From Parasynechococcus marenigrum WH 8102 (lineage in GTDB: Bacteria > Cyanobacteriota > Cyanobacteriia > PCC-6307 > Cyanobiaceae): a DNA stretch of 32,000 nucleotides. Location of the stretch: contig NC_005070.1 of assembly GCF_000195975.1 (NCBI RefSeq), forward strand, positions 450,001 to 482,000. The letters are read 5' to 3'. Under the pieces are notes generated by a model that saw only the letters and a program-made list of their open reading frames with translations, searched no databases and was not told where the DNA came from. The position numbers and the translations under genes are program-made. Positions 27,245 to 32,000 of this stretch are shown piece after piece; positions within the stretch are counted from its first letter, which is position 1, and each line of letters opens with the position of its first letter.

Positions 27245-27682
27245 TCAGTCGTAAAAACGTTTGCCGTCGACCCGTTTGATTGCATTGCGGCGGGCGTTGC
27301 GGCGGGTGTACTCGCTCACCGTCGGATTGGCGGCGGTGGGATCCACGTGGGCCACCTGCTCCCAGAGGTCCCGCGATGCCCAGCGCACCGTGTGAGCAAT
27401 CTTGTCGTGCTTGATCACGTGGCACCAACGGCTGCTGCCGCATTTGGGGCAGAACAGCTCCTCCAGCCATTCATTGCTCAGCACCAGCACCGGGTAGGCG
27501 TTGATGATCAGCTGCGCTTTCTTGGCGTTCATGCCCCGCTGCTGCAGCTGCTCTGGCTGCAACAGATGCAGGTAGTACTTCTTGCCGTTGCCCTGGATCA
27601 GCTGTTCGGGATGGGCCGGGCAGAACAGCTCCCGTTTCTTGGGGCGACGGTTGCGACGGATCGGTGCTTCCGTGATGGTCAT
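27245..27682 (-). CDS. Hypothetical protein with CxxH...CxxC zinc-ribbon-like ligands and basic termini
   Basis: I chose the ATG at 27682 (MTITEAPIRRNRRPKKRELFCPAHP...CPKCGSSRW...RRNARRNAIKRVDGKRFYD, 145 aa). The longer 250-aa track ORF would overlap the 5' end of the convergently... divergently oriented 1222-aa gene, and its extension looks like shadow sequence. Confidence 0.6.
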   Translation of the reverse strand: MTITEAPIRRNRRPKKRELFCPAHPEQLIQGNGKKYYLHLLQPEQLQQRGMNAKKAQLIINAYPVLVLSNEWLEELFCPKCGSSRWCHVIKHDKIAHTVRWASRDLWEQVAHVDPTAANPTVSEYTRRNARRNAIKRVDGKRFYD

Positions 27683-27751
27683 CGCTGAACACCAAGCTCC
27701 TTGAACCGTACGTCGACGCCAGGGGCATCGGGCAAGTCCTATTGAGCAGCG

Positions 27752-30700
27752 ATGATCGCAGCCATGCAGCAGTCCTGGTCCGCCACGCTTGAACAGCTTG
27801 CTGAGCTGGATCGCCGCCAGGACTTTGCCGCCTTGGGCCAGGCCCTGCAGCAGCTGCCGGCAGATTGCCCTGAAGACCATCAGGCGGCCCTTACCCATTG
27901 GCGCGGCAAGGCTGCCCTGATGGTGGGCACCCTGGAGGAGGCCCTGCCCGAGCTGGCCGTGGCCGCGCAGCTCGATCCCCAACGCGCCGCCAATCACTAC
28001 CTGCTGGGTGCTGGTTTGGTGCGTCAGCAGCAGTGGCTGGACGCTCGAGCGGCGTTAACCCGGGCCTTGCAGTTGCAGCCGGCTCTTGAGGCGGCCCGCC
28101 TTGAGTTGGCAACGGTGCTCCTGGCCTTGGCGGAGCCTCAGCAAGCTTTGGAGCTGCTGCAACCACTTCCCGACACGGCCGATGGCCCATACCGTGCTCG
28201 CCGCGCCCAGGCAGCCGTCAAGGCGGCGGCAGAGCCGATGGCGGCAGCTGCATTGGCCGCCAAGGCCTTAAGCCTCGATGGTCGCCTGCCGGAATCCCTG
28301 TTGCAGGAGTGGCTTCAGGGCACGGGTGGGTTGCTGATGGCCCATCGTTTTCAGGAGGGCCGGTCCTGGTTGACGGCCCTGATCACGTTGACGCCGGCGG
28401 TGAATGCCACAGCGAATCCTGTGCCGAGGCGCATCGCCCTGATCGCCCTGCTGGGCCTGGAGCTGATCGAGCCGACAACGCCTGATCTGGATCCCTGGTT
28501 GGCTGAGCTGCGCAGCCTGCGTTGGTTGCCCCCGTCAGCGACGGAGCACGGCCTCTGGAGGTCCTGGCTGGAGAGCTGGCTGATGCTGGTGGCCGGGCGA
28601 CTGGAAGACCAGCTCGATCGGGATCAGACCCGTTGCCGCTCTGTGCTGAAGGCGTTAATCGCGATTCTTCCCGCTCTGGAGCCCCCCAAGACGCAGAACT
28701 ACGGTCTGTTTCTACGCCTGCAGCTGCTGCGCCAGGGGATCCAGCCCGATCAAGTGGGCCCTGATGCGCAACTTGAGCTGGCCCTTCAACGCCACAACCA
28801 CGACTGGCTGGCCTTGATCGGCTGGCTCAAGCGCTGCTGCGCCTTGGACGATCGAGCCCTGCGCAAATTGCGGCCGGAGCTGGAACGTCAGCTTCAGAAT
28901 TTCAGCGGCGCCCTGCTCAGCCGCCCGCAGCTGTTGTGCCGGCTGCCGGATCCGGGCTTGTTGCAGGCAGCGCTGCAGCTGCGCCACCTGGGACTGAAGC
29001 AGTTGATTCGCTGCCGCAAGCGCCTCGAGGCCTCCAGCGAGTCCCTGCCGCAGCGTTCGGGGCCCCACCGGCACTGGTTGCTGTTGGCAAGCAACGACCT
29101 GCCCCAGTGTTTTCTGTACCGGGTCGACCAGAAGCGTCAGCAGCTGGAGGGCCTGGGCTGTTCGGTCCGGATCATCCAACGCGAGCAGTTGGAACACTGG
29201 GATTGGAGCGATGCCCTGCTCTGGGCTGATGCGGTGATCGTCTGTCGCTTGCCGGCCACGGTTCAGGTGCTTCGGGCGATCGAAGCCTGCCGACTGGCCG
29301 GGTTGCCCACCTGGTACGACATGGATGACCTGGTGATCGACCTGGAGCACGGTGTGCCGCTTTTGGCCAGCTACGGGGGCACGATCACGGCCCTGCACCA
29401 CCGTTGGCTCCAGCTCGATGTTCCGTTGTTTGCGGCAGCGATGCGGGCTTGTGATGCCGTCATCGTCAGCACGCCGACCCTGGCCCGCCGCTGGAACCAG
29501 TTGCAGCCCGATCAATCGGTTGAGGTGCTTCCCAATCTGGCGCCGCCGTCGCTGCAGAAGGCCCTGAGGACCCCGCGCCGTCTAGGTCGCCGGCCGCGTT
29601 TGCTGGTGGCCAGTGGCACCAAGGCCCACAAGCAGATCTGGATTGAGGAGCTGGCTCCTGCCTTGTCGCAGTTGCTCGAGCGCAATCCAACCCTGCAGTT
29701 GGATCTGCTCGGACACCTCGAGTTGCCTTTGGTTCTCCTTCCACACCGGGAACGGATCCGCTGCCATCCCTTCAGTGATTACCCCACCTATCTGAGCCGG
29801 ATCGCTGAGGCCGACATTGGCTTGGTGGCCTTGGAGCCCGGGCTCTACACCGATGCCAAAAGTGCCATCCGCTGGATGGAGTTCAGCTATCTCGGTCTGA
29901 CCAGCGTGCTCAGCCCCACCCGCACTTACACCGAGTGCCTTCAGGAGGGCGTTCACGCCTGTTTCGCCCGGGGCATCGACAGCTGGGTGGACACGGTGGA
30001 GCAGTTGCTGGCGGATCCCCGCGGCACCCGCGCCATGGCGGTGCGGGCCCAGCGACGGGCCCAGGAGCTGTTTGGTCCCCATCAGGCGGAGGCCTTCTGG
30101 ACGCCGTTGGTCCAGCCACCGGCAGCACAAGTCAGAGCTCTGGCCGCGTCGCAGCGCCGCAGGTTGCTGGTGCTGAACGTTTACTTCGCCCCCCAGAGCG
30201 TTGGGGGTGCCACCCGGATCGCCCAGGATCAGGTGCGGGACATCCAAGAGCAGCTCGGTGATCAGTGGGAGGTCACGGTGCTCTGCACCGAGTCGGCATC
30301 CTGGCAGGAGGATCTTGATCGGGAGCCCGCTGATCCAAGCAAGCCCCGCAAGGTCTGGCAGATCGAACAGCCGTTGCCGATCCAGGTGCACCAATGGAAT
30401 GGCGCGCGGGTGGTCCGCCTGACCCTGCCGCCCCGCAGCTGGAGCCGTCATCACGATGTGAGCGTGGAGGCCTTCTGTCGCCGCTGGTTTGCAGCAGAGC
30501 GGTTCGATCTGGTGCACGCCCACTGCATCCAGGAGCTGGGCATCGGCCCGTTGACTGTGGCTCGAGACCTGGGGATTCCCTACGTCGTGACGCTCCACGA
30601 CGGCTGGTGGCTGTCGCCGCGTCAGTTCCTTACCACCCCCAGTGGTCGTCCGGTCGATGTTCGCGACCCCCTGGGGCATAGGGAGGTGATGGCGGCGAGC

Positions 30701-31420
30701 GATGCGGAGGAGCAGCAGCAGGACCGGCAGCGACGGACAGAGCTGGAGCAGGTGTTGGCCGGTGCTGCTAAGCGCCTGGCGGTGTCGCAGGCTTTTGCCG
30801 ATTTACACGAGTATGCCGGTATTAAAAATGTGTCGGTGATGGAGAACCGCTGGCAGCCGATGCCGGCAGCGGGTCCCCGCAGCCAGCGACCTGCTGATCA
30901 ACCGTTGCGCTGTTGCTTCATCGGCGGCCTGGCCTTCCACAAGGGAATGCACGTGGTTCAGGCGGCGTGTCTGCAGGCCAGGCCCGTAGCTCCCGGGCTT
31001 GAGCTCACGGTGATTGATTCCAGCCTTGAAACCGATGAGGAGCAGTGGATGCAGTGGGGAGAAACATCGGTCTGCGTGATTCCGCCAGTCCCTATGGCGG
31101 CGATGGCAGCGTTCTACGCCGAGCAGGATGTGCTGCTCGCCCCATCGATCTGGCCGGAAAGCTATGGCCTGGTCTCCCGGGAAGCGCTGTCGGCAGGTTT
31201 GTGGGTGGTGGCTAGCGATATCGGCGCCATGGCCGATCCGATTCGCCATGGTGAGAACGGTCACCGTGTGCCGGCCGGCGATGCCTCAGCACTGGCGGCG
31301 GTGCTGGAGCTGCTGTCTGCTGAGCATCCAACACCCCAGCCGTTGCTGGCCTTTGCCGGGGACCAGAAACCACTGCATCAAGAGCTGGATCAGCTGTACC
31401 GCAGTGTCCTGCGCCGATGA
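27752..31420 (+). CDS. Large multidomain protein: N-terminal TPR repeats + two GT-B-type glycosyltransferase modules (second is GT4-like)
   Basis: TPR-like helices lie within residues ~40-140 (AALMVGTLEEALPELAVAAQLDPQRAANHYLLGAGL...). The middle module has WYDMDDLVID...AVIVSTPTLA...LVASGTKAHK...RWMEFSYLGLTSVLSP. The C-terminal module has LLVLNVYFAPQSVGGATRIA...VHAHC...TLHDGWW...FIGGLAFHKG...ESYGLVSREALSAG (E-x7-E). Confidence 0.8.
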   Translation: MIAAMQQSWSATLEQLAELDRRQDFAALGQALQQLPADCPEDHQAALTHWRGKAALMVGTLEEALPELAVAAQLDPQRAANHYLLGAGLVRQQQWLDARAALTRALQLQPALEAARLELATVLLALAEPQQALELLQPLPDTADGPYRARRAQAAVKAAAEPMAAAALAAKALSLDGRLPESLLQEWLQGTGGLLMAHRFQEGRSWLTALITLTPAVNATANPVPRRIALIALLGLELIEPTTPDLDPWLAELRSLRWLPPSATEHGLWRSWLESWLMLVAGRLEDQLDRDQTRCRSVLKALIAILPALEPPKTQNYGLFLRLQLLRQGIQPDQVGPDAQLELALQRHNHDWLALIGWLKRCCALDDRALRKLRPELERQLQNFSGALLSRPQLLCRLPDPGLLQAALQLRHLGLKQLIRCRKRLEASSESLPQRSGPHRHWLLLASNDLPQCFLYRVDQKRQQLEGLGCSVRIIQREQLEHWDWSDALLWADAVIVCRLPATVQVLRAIEACRLAGLPTWYDMDDLVIDLEHGVPLLASYGGTITALHHRWLQLDVPLFAAAMRACDAVIVSTPTLARRWNQLQPDQSVEVLPNLAPPSLQKALRTPRRLGRRPRLLVASGTKAHKQIWIEELAPALSQLLERNPTLQLDLLGHLELPLVLLPHRERIRCHPFSDYPTYLSRIAEADIGLVALEPGLYTDAKSAIRWMEFSYLGLTSVLSPTRTYTECLQEGVHACFARGIDSWVDTVEQLLADPRGTRAMAVRAQRRAQELFGPHQAEAFWTPLVQPPAAQVRALAASQRRRLLVLNVYFAPQSVGGATRIAQDQVRDIQEQLGDQWEVTVLCTESASWQEDLDREPADPSKPRKVWQIEQPLPIQVHQWNGARVVRLTLPPRSWSRHHDVSVEAFCRRWFAAERFDLVHAHCIQELGIGPLTVARDLGIPYVVTLHDGWWLSPRQFLTTPSGRPVDVRDPLGHREVMAASDAEEQQQDRQRRTELEQVLAGAAKRLAVSQAFADLHEYAGIKNVSVMENRWQPMPAAGPRSQRPADQPLRCCFIGGLAFHKGMHVVQAACLQARPVAPGLELTVIDSSLETDEEQWMQWGETSVCVIPPVPMAAMAAFYAEQDVLLAPSIWPESYGLVSREALSAGLWVVASDIGAMADPIRHGENGHRVPAGDASALAAVLELLSAEHPTPQPLLAFAGDQKPLHQELDQLYRSVLRR

Positions 31421-32000
31421 ATGAGCAGCTGCAGGCCGATTCGGAGCTGGCTGCAGCCTCGTGGCTGCGCGATCCGCTGAACCCAGATCCGTTTGATCCA
31501 CTGGCGGAATGGTTTCGGATTCATGCCGAGATCGCAGCTGCCGCACAACCGATCCGCCTCCCCAAGTTGCTGGGAAAGCTCGATGGGCTTTATCCCGACG
31601 AATGGACCGCAGAACCGCAGTTGCTGGAGTACCGCGATGTTCTCTGGCTGCCGGATCGGGGCTGTCTGTTCCATGGCGGCAACGGTCGCGCGCTTCCCTG
31701 GACGGCCTTCAGCCGTTTCCCCCGCCAGCGTCAGCTGCCGCAGCAATCCATTCACCGAATCGAGTTGAGCAGACCGGTACCAAGTTTTCCGCGCCTGGAG
31801 CAGGCCCTCTGGCTGCCGCGGGTGAATGGCGCTGTTTTCGGTGAATGGCTCACCGAAGTGCTGGCCTTCCTCTGGCCCCTGCTGCTGAAGTCTCCCCAGG
31901 AACTGGTCGGGCTGCCGGTGTTGCTCGGTGATGCCGATTCGGAGGACCCATTGCTGGCGGTGCTGCACCGGTTGATGCGTGCCCAGCATCTGACGCCGCT
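31417..32000 (+). CDS. 5' part of a further + strand gene (runs off the window), possibly GT61/DUF563-like glycosyltransferase; not in the supplied ORF track
   Basis: ATG 31417-31419 overlaps the TGA of the 1222-aa gene (ATGA). I read 194 codons to nt 32000 without a stop, with high GC3. Translation: MNEQLQADSELAAASWLRDPLNPDPF...VFGEWLTEVLAFLWPLLL... The antisense 199-aa track ORF (31390-31989) is Q/R-rich and shadow-like. Confidence 0.65.
   Translation, partial: MNEQLQADSELAAASWLRDPLNPDPFDPLAEWFRIHAEIAAAAQPIRLPKLLGKLDGLYPDEWTAEPQLLEYRDVLWLPDRGCLFHGGNGRALPWTAFSRFPRQRQLPQQSIHRIELSRPVPSFPRLEQALWLPRVNGAVFGEWLTEVLAFLWPLLLKSPQELVGLPVLLGDADSEDPLLAVLHRLMRAQHLTP

Noticed and set aside
27683-27997. 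N-terminal 105-codon extension of the 27245-27997 ORF
   Set aside because: It would overlap the first ~80 codons of the 1222-aa gene. The extension is Gly/Leu/Gln-rich and shadow-like. An ATG at 27682 gives a compact 145-aa protein.
28712-30679. Long antisense ORFs (267 aa at 28712-29515; 365 aa at 29582-30679) inside the 1222-aa gene
   Set aside because: These are shadow ORFs of a high-GC gene. Their composition is Q/R/P/G/A-rich and they have no motifs, while the + strand frame carries clear TPR and GT-B signatures throughout.

Overview
This is a GC-rich (roughly 60%) bacterial chromosome segment. Its core genes (glnB, queF, ccs1, ccdA, ftsW) look like a marine picocyanobacterium (Synechococcus-like); that assignment is inference. 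The left half (1-17.8 kb, all + strand) is a cell-surface glycan locus in three parts. (a) A mid-GC, ATGA-coupled operon for a 5,7-diamino nonulosonic acid of the legionaminic-acid type: dehydratase fragment, DegT aminotransferase, NeuD/PglD acetyltransferase, NeuB, NeuC, plus a CBS-nucleotidyltransferase further on. (b) A very AT-rich (~33-38% GC) block of tightly overlapping genes: acetyltransferase, methyltransferase, three GT2, two GT4, Wzy-like polymerase, a degraded methyltransferase and an SDR epimerase/reductase. (c) A WbpL/WecA-type initiating transferase and a WbpM/CapD/PglF-type dehydratase. Both compositional edges of the AT-rich block lie inside genes (neuC-like and wbpL-like), which suggests cassette replacement by recombination. 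The right half is host-like in GC. It holds core genes interleaved with an unusual density of MNT (minimal nucleotidyltransferase) / HEPN modules. Three divergent MNT-HEPN pairs are chained head-to-tail behind a CopG/RHH gene (19.0-21.8 kb, minus strand). A fourth pair lies between ccdA and ftsW, and its HEPN gene is frameshifted by a 7-bp tandem duplication immediately after the His codon of the RX4HXY motif. There is also a solitary AbrB-type gene. The window ends with a 1222-aa TPR + double GT-B glycosyltransferase. It is ATGA-coupled to a further + strand ORF (31417 to window end) that is missing from the ORF track. I saw no rRNA, tRNA, CRISPR array, transposase or integrase. Most long ORFs antisense to the GC-rich genes look like shadow ORFs.
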